The notes below the pieces were generated by a model that ran no database searches, was not told where the DNA came from, and saw only the letters and a program-made list of their open reading frames with translations. Below are positions 1 to 8,155 of a stretch of 32,000 nucleotides of DNA, piece by piece. The translations under genes and the position numbers were made by a program. Source of the DNA: Candidatus Lokiarchaeum ossiferum (GTDB lineage: Archaea; Asgardarchaeota; Lokiarchaeia; Sigyniarchaeales; Promethearchaeaceae); contig CP104013.1 of NCBI GenBank assembly GCA_025839675.1, positions 3,300,001-3,332,000 of the forward strand. The letters are read 5' to 3'. How positions within the stretch are numbered: position 1 is the first letter of the stretch; the number at the start of each line of letters is the position of its first letter.

Positions 1-104
1 CAAATGTCTTTTCACAAGCCGAAGAAATCGCGGATTGTACCATCCGGGGAGATGCACAAGCAACTCAAAGAATTCAAGGCGATGAAACTAAAAAAATTGG
101 TTAG
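1..104 (+). CDS. Partial CDS: C-terminal end of an upstream gene cut by the window edge (function unknown)
   Basis: Frame 3 is open from the window edge to TAG at 102-104 (..NVFSQAEEIADCTIRGDAQATQRIQGDETKKIG*). Its third codon positions are A/T-biased like the well-supported genes here. The competing track ORF 4..273 has G/C-rich third positions and would overlap the strongly supported start at 144 by 130 nt. Confidence 0.3.
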   Translation, partial: NVFSQAEEIADCTIRGDAQATQRIQGDETKKIG

Positions 105-143
105 AAAAGTTTTTTTTTGTAAAATAATACGAGGTAAAAAATC

Positions 144-941
144 ATGGCATATCACTGTCCAGAATGTGGAAATGAAATTGGATTTGGAGAATCTATTTGT
201 CCAAATTGTAAAGCAGATGTTACAGGCGTATGGGAACAAGCGTCTTCCCCTAAAAATTCGGGACCAAAAGTAGCACCAGGAATGGGAGGAATTGATCAAA
301 ATGACTCATCACCCTTCCCACCACCAGCAGGAGGATCTTTGAATTCCCCTTTCCCTCCAGCTGCAGGGAATTCACCGTTTCCTCCAGCAGCAAATATGAG
401 TTCACCATTTGCATCACCTAAAGAGAAGGTAGAAAAAAATACTTCAGACATAGGCTCCCCCTTCCCAGGATCAAATAATATGAATCCATTCGCCCCATCT
501 AGCGAAATAACTTCTCCTTTCCCTCCAACACCCCAAGAAAGCACACCATTTCCACCAACTGCACCAGCATCATCACCTTTTCAACAAATTCAAGGTCCAT
601 TTCTTGAAATTGCTCGAATTGGAGGAAAAATAGACATTCCAGAAGGAGAATTACGATTAGGAAGAGACGAAATACAAGGAGTTGCAACTATTGCCCTACC
701 TGATTTAAATGCTTACAAAAACATCTCTCGTAAACGAGCAAATAGTGAACATTTCATACTAAGAAAAAAGGGAAATGTTGTAACAATAGAAGACAGAGGA
801 AGTACCAATGGAACCTACATGGGAACAGAAAAGATAACTGGAACAAATCCTCGAACTTTGAAAAATGGAGATAAAATAGTCCTTCCAATTGAAGAACATG
901 GAAAAATGGTACAGCTAGAAATGATTTTCAAAATAAAGTAA
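144..941 (+). CDS. Zn-ribbon / Pro-rich [ST]PFP-repeat / FHA-domain protein (ArnA-like architecture)
   Basis: ATG has GAGGT 9 nt upstream. The N-terminus carries a CPEC-x10-CPNC zinc ribbon. Residues 56-153 hold about 10 copies of an [ST]PF(P) motif. The C-terminus shows FHA hallmarks: LRLGRD, NSEHFIL, GSTNGTYMG, NGDKIVLP. Confidence 0.9.
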   Translation: MAYHCPECGNEIGFGESICPNCKADVTGVWEQASSPKNSGPKVAPGMGGIDQNDSSPFPPPAGGSLNSPFPPAAGNSPFPPAANMSSPFASPKEKVEKNTSDIGSPFPGSNNMNPFAPSSEITSPFPPTPQESTPFPPTAPASSPFQQIQGPFLEIARIGGKIDIPEGELRLGRDEIQGVATIALPDLNAYKNISRKRANSEHFILRKKGNVVTIEDRGSTNGTYMGTEKITGTNPRTLKNGDKIVLPIEEHGKMVQLEMIFKIK

Positions 942-979
942 AATTTTTTTAATTTAATAAAATAAGGCAGAATAGATTA

Positions 980-2260
980 ATGATGGGACAAAGTAAGATT
1001 GAATTCATATTGACTTGTGCTTTTTGTGGTGAAATGAATGAATTTACTAAAGAAGAATTATACGAAAGTGAAAAAGAAACAGATACGTTTAAGGAAAAAT
1101 ACTGCTTAGAGTGCAATGAACCCCTCACAATGATATGCCCTTCTTGTTTAAATATTTTTGAAGTTGAGGATAATTTTAGAACAAATAATTTCTTTCAAGT
1201 TTTACCCACATTTTGGAACCCAACCCCGTCTCCTTTAGACGAATTAATTCCTAACATTTTAAAATCATGGAATATATATGAAGAACAAGCAAAATATCTG
1301 ACAAGTGAGACATTCCGATTAAGTCAAAAAGAATTTTTAGAAGCAATCCCCAATTTACTTTCAGACATCAAGGTTCTTAAGCAGGAACTTATTTCATTAG
1401 CAAAAATTTCAGAAGTTTCTCCTTTAGAGAAGGATTTCAAAAAACTAGAGAAGGGAATTCAAAAATGTACAGAAGAATGCGCGTCAATTCTAGCGAGCAT
1501 TGAGGATGTATCCAAAGCAGTTAATGAAAAGAAAGAAAAGCAGTTAAAAAAACATGTCCCATTTATGGACATTCTACCAAATTTCCAAGAGTATATCGAG
1601 CAAGTGAAAAAGATTAGAGAAAAGGAAATTGAAGACGAAATTAACTCACTAAAACCTGGATATGAAAAGGTTAAAAATAATATTAAACAAGATCCAACAT
1701 TTTATAGAAATATTTGCCCGATTTGCCAGAAAATGATTTTCACAATTAATCATCAGGTCTACACAATGGGAAAATCTGATGAAAAATTAAGCCATATTAG
1801 AAATTTAGCTGAATACTACCAACAATCTCAACCAAAAAGTACATTTACACGCACATTAATGTTAAATATCAAAATTCATATTGAAAAAGACCAGCTATAT
1901 GAATTTCATGGGGACTTAGCGTTAGTACTTCATGAGAATGAAAACCAAGTAATTGGACGAGATCTTCTGAGGGAAATTGAATATATTGAACCTGAAAGTG
2001 AAGAAATATTGTTTGATGAAAATGATCCTCTAGCCAGAGTTTCAAATAGTCAATTTTCTATTCAAAAAAAAGGGGATCAAATTATTTTAACTGGAATGAA
2101 ATTTGATGATAGAAGAGTAGGAGTATTCTTTAATTCTATGAAACATGATATTCGCAAAGAAAATCCAGACGGAATTCAAATCAATTCCGGAGATCAAATC
2201 TTTATTCCATTAATACAAGAAAAGGATAACCCCAATTATATAGAAATATCAATACTATAG
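980..2260 (+). CDS. Multi-Zn-ribbon coiled-coil protein with divergent FHA-like C-terminus
   Basis: 426-aa ORF, 38 nt after the previous gene. It has N-terminal CAFC, CLEC and CPSC knuckles plus a later CPIC. The middle is K/E-rich and heptad-like. The C-terminus (VIGRD ... VSNSQFSIQKKGDQIILTG ... INSGDQIFIP) follows the FHA pattern but lacks the canonical His and NG. Confidence 0.75.
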   Translation: MMGQSKIEFILTCAFCGEMNEFTKEELYESEKETDTFKEKYCLECNEPLTMICPSCLNIFEVEDNFRTNNFFQVLPTFWNPTPSPLDELIPNILKSWNIYEEQAKYLTSETFRLSQKEFLEAIPNLLSDIKVLKQELISLAKISEVSPLEKDFKKLEKGIQKCTEECASILASIEDVSKAVNEKKEKQLKKHVPFMDILPNFQEYIEQVKKIREKEIEDEINSLKPGYEKVKNNIKQDPTFYRNICPICQKMIFTINHQVYTMGKSDEKLSHIRNLAEYYQQSQPKSTFTRTLMLNIKIHIEKDQLYEFHGDLALVLHENENQVIGRDLLREIEYIEPESEEILFDENDPLARVSNSQFSIQKKGDQIILTGMKFDDRRVGVFFNSMKHDIRKENPDGIQINSGDQIFIPLIQEKDNPNYIEISIL

Positions 2261-2279
2261 GGATGAAATGTGAAATTTT

Positions 2280-3893
2280 ATGCAAGTAATAAAGAATCAG
2301 CTATTTTATTGTACAGAATGCTATCATGTGTTTTACGATTTACCGTCAGAAAAAAAATGTGCAATTTGTCATAATGAAATATTGGAACAAGATACAATAT
2401 CTGACCTAGATATTTTAACATGCGAAACGTGCCATAGTTTGTACACTCTCCAAAAATCGGGTGAAATTATACTCAATAAGGAAGGAAATATTAATCATTT
2501 ATGTTCATGTAAAAATCAATGTCCAACAAATTCAATTCTTAGTATCGGACAACAGGAATCTTATTTGGGGAATATTGTACTAGCGGATATATTTAAATGT
2601 TCAAATTGTGGAGCAATTTCCTTTAGAAATTTAGAAAATTCACAGAAAAATTGTAGCGAATGCAATTCTCGATTTGTATCTCCATTACATTGGGATCCAA
2701 AAACCCAAAAAACTTTTTTTCGATGTGCTAATCCAGATCACAAAATTCGATTAAAATTACGAGATTTGATAATAAATAACAACAAAATTATCAGTAGTGA
2801 GATTAATAAAATAAAACAAAAAGAAATCGGATTGCAGAAGGAATACATTCGTTTAAAACACGAATTACAGGTTAAATATGAGAATAAAAATTTACTCAAA
2901 AAAATCAAGTCTTTTCAGAAAGGAAAACTAAATTTTGAAAATGATCAGAACAACTTGAATATATGGGCAAAGATAGAGAGATTAAAGCTTTATAGTTATT
3001 TACGACCTATTGGTTTAAGATGTTCAGTTTATCGCATGAAAAATGATAATGACAAAATAAGTTTTGAAAGAACATCTGATGGATGTGGAGCCATTGCTCA
3101 TTTGAAGATCCGAAAAATAATAATTGCTCCAGATGGGACCGTGATAGAACGAAAATCAGAGCCAAAACAGGGATCTCCAGGACAGATTGAAAAAGACTTG
3201 CTACTAAGCAGCTCAACATTAAATGTTGAAGGTTTGAAAATAAATCATCCAATACCAAAATGGATTAATGAATCTGAGATTTCACTTGTCAATGATCAAT
3301 CTGAATCAATATTCACCCAAATCTTGCGGAATCAACCAATAACTGAAAATCCAATTCAAGTTGAAAATCAAGTAGTGATGACTGAAGAAGTAATTAGAAA
3401 TGCTTATGACTCTCTACCAGATTTAAAAGAAAATCAATTATATATTTTCTTCCAGATTAAATTCAAAAAAATGGATTCTGAAAATTATACCCTGGATGCA
3501 TTCGGAGTGATTCCAATTGAATTTGAAAAAAATAATTTCAGATTTCAATTAGGACGGAAACATCTTCTCCAAGCATTCTGGAAGGAACAATCAAGAATAG
3601 AAAAAAACCCCCTTTATTTTAATGGAATAACTGAATCTACCGAAGAATCATACCAGTTTGGTATCACACAAAGAGAAAATGAAATGTTTTTACTTCCAGG
3701 AAAGAATAACTTGTCAAAAAATCTGATATCTGCAGAAGAAAATGCAAAATCGGAATTAATTAAAGAGATTTCTATTCAAAAAATCAATAAATTGACCATT
3801 AATGGTAAATACGCATATAATAAACCACATGAAAGAACCTTTTCGAATATTCAATTTGTTTTTTCATTTAAACAAGGAGGAATAAGTAATTGA
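2280..3893 (+). CDS. Multi-Zn-ribbon coiled-coil protein, possible degenerate FHA-like C-terminus
   Basis: 537-aa ORF, 19 nt after the previous gene. It has at least five CxxC knuckles (CTEC, CAIC, CETC, CSNC, CSEC). The central segment is coiled-coil-like (KIKQKEIGLQKEYIRLKHELQ). The C-terminus carries FQLGRK ... LTINGKY. Function unknown. Confidence 0.7.
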   Translation: MQVIKNQLFYCTECYHVFYDLPSEKKCAICHNEILEQDTISDLDILTCETCHSLYTLQKSGEIILNKEGNINHLCSCKNQCPTNSILSIGQQESYLGNIVLADIFKCSNCGAISFRNLENSQKNCSECNSRFVSPLHWDPKTQKTFFRCANPDHKIRLKLRDLIINNNKIISSEINKIKQKEIGLQKEYIRLKHELQVKYENKNLLKKIKSFQKGKLNFENDQNNLNIWAKIERLKLYSYLRPIGLRCSVYRMKNDNDKISFERTSDGCGAIAHLKIRKIIIAPDGTVIERKSEPKQGSPGQIEKDLLLSSSTLNVEGLKINHPIPKWINESEISLVNDQSESIFTQILRNQPITENPIQVENQVVMTEEVIRNAYDSLPDLKENQLYIFFQIKFKKMDSENYTLDAFGVIPIEFEKNNFRFQLGRKHLLQAFWKEQSRIEKNPLYFNGITESTEESYQFGITQRENEMFLLPGKNNLSKNLISAEENAKSELIKEISIQKINKLTINGKYAYNKPHERTFSNIQFVFSFKQGGISN

Positions 3894-4774
3894 GTTCAGA
3901 TTCAGAACAATTTAAAATTTGTCGCCAATGTCACGTAGTTTATAAGAAATTATCTCAAAAATTTTGCGGAAATGGGTGTCAAAATAAACCCCCTTTTTTT
4001 ATAGAAGGAAAAAAACGCAATTCCATAGAACAACGTGAGATAATTCTTAATAAAAATGAGGAAAATATAATCCGATGGGTGTGTATTAGTTGTAAAAAAG
4101 AATATACAGAAAAAGAATTGCAAGAAATCGAATATATTTGTGAATGTAATGCAAAAAATGATTTTTACCCATTTACATTTAAGTCTTGCGCTAATGTGGA
4201 GTGTAAATCTTCTGATAACTTCCATTCTCTTCCACTTGAAGCAAAAGCTTGTGATTTATGTGGAAAAACCAACTTTATAATTAATAAGAGTAAATCTATG
4301 CAAGATTTAATTCCAAATCTCCCCAATCGGACAGATCATTCAGAAGAATGGGATCTCGAAAAATTTGATTTCTTTGAAGATTTGGCAGAAGAACGAAAAA
4401 ACCGAAACCTTCCGTCTATTACCTTTACTATCCTCAATAATAATTTAAAATATATTCTTTTTGGTGAAGGAAAAGTGATTTCCATGTATGATATCATAAG
4501 AGATGCAAATGGATTCACTCCAGATTCGATTTATGAACATTTACTTGAAAAATATCCTAAAGAAACAACGATGTTTGATATTAAATATAATAGCGTTACA
4601 GAAGAATATACTTTCAAATCAATCATAAGTATGAAAGAATTTGAGTTAGATCCAAGATTTAATCCGAAATCTAAAGCAATCATCCGAGAAGCAGGAATAG
4701 AATTTAATCTTCCAGAAGGAAAATTACTAGAATTTCGTGGTGGAATATTCAAAATCCACATTTGGGTTTATTAG
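3890..4774 (+). CDS. Multi-Zn-ribbon protein, beta-rich C-terminal domain (possibly degenerate FHA-like)
   Basis: TTG start overlaps the upstream stop (TTGA at 3890-3893), with GGAGG 9-10 nt upstream. Cys motifs: CRQC/CGNGC, CISC/CEC, CANVEC/CDLC. The C-terminal ~110 aa have strand-like periodicity but no GR, SxxH or NG residues. Confidence 0.7.
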   Translation: MSSDSEQFKICRQCHVVYKKLSQKFCGNGCQNKPPFFIEGKKRNSIEQREIILNKNEENIIRWVCISCKKEYTEKELQEIEYICECNAKNDFYPFTFKSCANVECKSSDNFHSLPLEAKACDLCGKTNFIINKSKSMQDLIPNLPNRTDHSEEWDLEKFDFFEDLAEERKNRNLPSITFTILNNNLKYILFGEGKVISMYDIIRDANGFTPDSIYEHLLEKYPKETTMFDIKYNSVTEEYTFKSIISMKEFELDPRFNPKSKAIIREAGIEFNLPEGKLLEFRGGIFKIHIWVY

Positions 4775-4805
4775 TTTTTTGATAAATTAAAGGGAAAAAA
4801 TAAAA

Positions 4806-6149
4806 ATGGCAAATCAAGGAATCTTAAAAAAAGGAGAAAAAATCCAGATCAATAAAAATCGATATACTATCGTAAAACAAATTGGTGATGGAGGTTTTGG
4901 TGAGGTTTATGAGGGTAAAAATGTTAAAACAGGCCAAAAAGTAGCTATAAAATTGTTTAAATCGGCAGCTTTCACGAATCCAGCGGAATCAAAAATGTAT
5001 TGGGAACGAGAGAGAGATATTACTGCGGCAACTGGAGGATATCCAAAAAAACATATGGAGTATATTGAATCTTACGAAGATAAAAGCGATCGGAGTAATC
5101 CAAAATTTTACATCGTCCTAGGGTTTGTTGAAAATGCAACCACATTGAAAGCTTGGTTCAATGATAATTTAAGATCGGCCAAACCTCTTAGCGTGGAAGA
5201 TATGATTCAAAAAATATTTTTGCCTCTTTGTGATTTTATGTATTATGCTCAAACGAAAGGGGCAATTCATCGAGATTTTACTTTCAATAATATCATGATT
5301 GTTCAAGAAAAAAAAGATCCTCTACCAATTGTGATCGATTGGGGAGGAGGAAAAATGTTTGATCCGGTAACTTTGACAGATGAACCCCCGTTGATTGATG
5401 ATATGGAAGGATCTGGGACGGTAATAATTACACCTGGCTTTTTTGCTCCAGAAATAATAATGCAAAAACCCCCTTTACCCCAAACAGATATTTATATGTT
5501 TGGAGCAGTATTGTTTTATGCTTTAACCAATGGTTATACACGTGTAAAACCTACAATTTCATCAGATTATATTCTTCATCCTCAAGATTATAATATGAAT
5601 GTATCAGACACCCTAAATGATGTTGTAGAGAAATGCACTCAATATGAACCTAAAGATCGATTTAGAACTTTTAATGAAATAAAGGAGGCATTACAACAAC
5701 ATTTGGATGGAAATATTAGTGGATTAAATCAATTACCATCAATTGAATCGGGTAATTCCTTTATTTTGCGTATTAAAAATAATAATGCAATAGTTCAACT
5801 CAACCCTCTGAATATGGCTTTGGAAGATGGGAAGAACATTAGAATTGGCCGAGAATTAATGATAGAATCAGCCGCTTGGAAAGAAGCATATAAAGGAGTA
5901 TTCAGAGGTATAACACGGTGTAAAGCTAACGGAGTAGATCGCCCTAGAGAACAATTCTTCTTAGGATATAGTAAAGCAAAAAATATTTTTTACATCCATG
6001 AAGGGAGAAATTCAAATCCTACCTATCTTAACGGACAACAGTTACCAGCAGGTGAATGGATACCGATTCAAGTTAATAATGAAATTTCAATTAAAAGTAC
6101 CACAGTCAAAGGAATTTTCGAATTAATTTCAGTTTTAGATCTTAAATAA
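4806..6149 (+). CDS. Eukaryotic-type Ser/Thr protein kinase fused to a C-terminal FHA domain
   Basis: Kinase motifs: GDGGFGEVYEG (Gly loop), VAIK, HRDFTFNN (catalytic loop), DWG (DFG position), FFAPE (APE), DIYMFGAVLFYALTNG. The C-terminus carries IRIGRE ... NPTYLNGQQL ... NNEISI (FHA). Confidence 0.9.
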   Translation: MANQGILKKGEKIQINKNRYTIVKQIGDGGFGEVYEGKNVKTGQKVAIKLFKSAAFTNPAESKMYWERERDITAATGGYPKKHMEYIESYEDKSDRSNPKFYIVLGFVENATTLKAWFNDNLRSAKPLSVEDMIQKIFLPLCDFMYYAQTKGAIHRDFTFNNIMIVQEKKDPLPIVIDWGGGKMFDPVTLTDEPPLIDDMEGSGTVIITPGFFAPEIIMQKPPLPQTDIYMFGAVLFYALTNGYTRVKPTISSDYILHPQDYNMNVSDTLNDVVEKCTQYEPKDRFRTFNEIKEALQQHLDGNISGLNQLPSIESGNSFILRIKNNNAIVQLNPLNMALEDGKNIRIGRELMIESAAWKEAYKGVFRGITRCKANGVDRPREQFFLGYSKAKNIFYIHEGRNSNPTYLNGQQLPAGEWIPIQVNNEISIKSTTVKGIFELISVLDLK

Positions 6150-6168
6150 CTATTCAAGGTGAGAAAAA

Positions 6169-7023
6169 ATTTCAAAAAACTATGGAATAATATGTGATGT
6201 TGGAGGAAAGGGAAAGGGTAATCAAGATAGTGCATTTTTTACTGAGTTTGATCTAATAATTGCCCCTGGAGATCAAGAATCAAAACAATTTTCATATAAG
6301 TGCATTCTCTCGCTGGTTTGTGATGGTGTTTCAGCATCTTCTCATGGTGAAAAAGGGTCAACATTTGTGATTCGGCATCTTTCTTCAAAAATAATGAATT
6401 ATCTATACACGAATAATTTTCAATTACAAAACGTTCATGAGAGATTACTGAAATATATCAATGAGACTAATTTGGAATTATTACAAGAGTTTAAACAAGA
6501 AATTGAAAAGGAAAAAGTACCAAAAACAACTTTAGTTGGAGTATTAGTAATTGGACAGTGGTTATGGACTTTCAATATCGGAGATAGTAGATCTTTTGTA
6601 ATTAAAGATCTTTTAATCAGTCAAATCTCAGTCGATGATATTGGTACAGGGGCCACACATGAAATAACTCAAGCTTTAGGTCAAGTGCCATTATCTCCAC
6701 ATGTTTCTGTTTTTAATTGGGCATTTGAAGGAGATTATACTGCAGAAAATATAGCATTTGATCACAATTATTATTTTCTTATTTGTTCAGATGGTTTAAC
6801 TGATAAGGTGAGTAGTGAAGAAATTTTAAAAATTCTAACCGATCCTAATAACGATGGTTCTGTTCAGGAAAAAGTGGAATCATTGTATATTTTAACGATG
6901 GAACGAAAGATAGACGATAATGTAAGCATCATTGCAGTAGATCTAGCACAATACTTCAAGAATCTTTCTCCAATCCAAATAATTAAACTATCATACCCCA
7001 AGAGGAAGCCAGATAATGAGTGA
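6169..7023 (+). CDS. PP2C-family Ser/Thr phosphatase (start codon problematic: ATT 6169 or A6 frameshift after GTG 6159; first canonical start is GTG 6367)
   Basis: The frame is open from 6163. Positions 6181-6366 encode conserved PP2C N-terminal motifs (YGIICDVGGKGKGNQDSAFF, LVCDGVSASSHGEKGS). Downstream motifs: NIGDSRSF, ICSDGLTD, DDNVSIIAVD. A strong SD, AAGGTGAG, lies at 6156-6163. Confidence 0.75.
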   Translation: MSKNYGIICDVGGKGKGNQDSAFFTEFDLIIAPGDQESKQFSYKCILSLVCDGVSASSHGEKGSTFVIRHLSSKIMNYLYTNNFQLQNVHERLLKYINETNLELLQEFKQEIEKEKVPKTTLVGVLVIGQWLWTFNIGDSRSFVIKDLLISQISVDDIGTGATHEITQALGQVPLSPHVSVFNWAFEGDYTAENIAFDHNYYFLICSDGLTDKVSSEEILKILTDPNNDGSVQEKVESLYILTMERKIDDNVSIIAVDLAQYFKNLSPIQIIKLSYPKRKPDNE

Positions 7024-8155
7024 AAATGAAGAAAAAAAAACCCCCCAAAAATTGATTAATTCCGGATGGAATTTTATTGATTTTCCAAATTCTACTGGTT
7101 TTTCTCTTTTGAATGATGAATTAAGAAACGAGATAAATGAAAATAGTCTCAACACATATTATGTTATCATAGATATTTTTGAAAAACTAATAGAACAATG
7201 TGGTAATAATTTTGATTTTTCAAATAATAGCATCAACTTTGAGCAATATTTGGATTTTTTTCAAAAAGTAAATTTGATGATACCTAAGTTATCTCATAAA
7301 ATAATAATTGAAGATATTCACGAAATGGTTTATTTCATTGGTGATACTCACGGAGCAATTAAGGAAACTTATCAATTGATACAATTCTTTGTTAGAAAAA
7401 TAAGAATTTTCCCAAAGTTAAAAATTATTTTTGTTGGTGATTATGTTGACAGAAATCCAAATGATTTAGAAAACTTAGCATTAATTCTTTCATTTTCTTT
7501 ACTTTATCCTGAAAATGTAATATTAATTCGCGGAAATCATGAAGACCGCTTAATAAACCAACATTATGGATTTATGGACAATTTACTTAGGACTTTTTAT
7601 AATCAAGCCGAATACTTGTATGATGAGATTATTCAAATTTTTATGAAATTTCCTATCGCCCACATTAGCCAAATTCATTCGAAAGATGGAAAAACAGCAA
7701 GAGTTCTAACAGTACACGGAGGAATACCAATTGATCATGCAAATTTTCTTGAACCAGTAATTTTGGATGAGATCAAGGATTCATTAATATGTGAAGTGGA
7801 AGAATCTAAGGATATGGATCCATACACAACCTCGATGTTATGGTCAGATCCTGATGAGATGATCAGAGGAATTTTAACTGGAGATCACCTCCAAGGAAGA
7901 ACAAGATTTGGAGCACCAGTATTTGACGCATTCATGCAGGGAAATCATTTGGATCTGCTCGTTCGTGGCCATCAGAAATGGTCTGAAGGGTTTAAAATAT
8001 TGTTTGGTGGGAGACTGTATAGTCTATTTTCAACTGCATCTTATGATGGAAAACCAAGATTTCAACCAAAAATTTTGAAACTCATATATGGGAAAGCACC
8101 TAAGTTAATCTCAATTGAGAAAAATTCTTTAGATAGTGAATTGGAGGAAAAATAA
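7016..8155 (+). CDS. PPP-family (PP1/PP2A-like) Ser/Thr metallophosphatase with ~100-aa N-terminal extension
   Basis: Motifs GDTHG, GDYVDRN, RGNHE, VHGG and RGHQ occur in canonical order. The start overlaps the PP2C stop by 8 nt. Confidence 0.9.
   Translation: MSENEEKKTPQKLINSGWNFIDFPNSTGFSLLNDELRNEINENSLNTYYVIIDIFEKLIEQCGNNFDFSNNSINFEQYLDFFQKVNLMIPKLSHKIIIEDIHEMVYFIGDTHGAIKETYQLIQFFVRKIRIFPKLKIIFVGDYVDRNPNDLENLALILSFSLLYPENVILIRGNHEDRLINQHYGFMDNLLRTFYNQAEYLYDEIIQIFMKFPIAHISQIHSKDGKTARVLTVHGGIPIDHANFLEPVILDEIKDSLICEVEESKDMDPYTTSMLWSDPDEMIRGILTGDHLQGRTRFGAPVFDAFMQGNHLDLLVRGHQKWSEGFKILFGGRLYSLFSTASYDGKPRFQPKILKLIYGKAPKLISIEKNSLDSELEEK

Noticed and set aside
4-273. Track ORF of 89 aa at the left edge
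   Set aside because: It overlaps the strongly supported start at 144 (SD plus Zn-ribbon N-terminus) by 130 nt. Its third codon positions are G/C-rich, unlike real genes here. A frame-3 reading ending at 104 is the more plausible tail of the upstream gene.
12-687. Antisense ORFs 12..299, 296..544 and 499..687 opposite the FHA gene
   Set aside because: They are mirror images of the Pro/Gly-rich repeat region of a gene with clear domain content. They have no motifs and no start context.
3007-4761. Minus-strand ORFs 3007..3258, 3950..4225, 4336..4518 and 4531..4761
   Set aside because: All are embedded antisense in longer plus-strand genes of the operon. Their hydrophobic or low-complexity translations are typical of AT-rich antisense frames.
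7032-7051. Unusual homopolymer block A9-C6-A5 near the 5' end of the first PPP phosphatase gene
   Set aside because: The reading frame is intact through it (EEKKTPQKL), and I have no evidence for slippage. I note it only as a site to inspect in read data alongside the A6 tract at 6164-6169.
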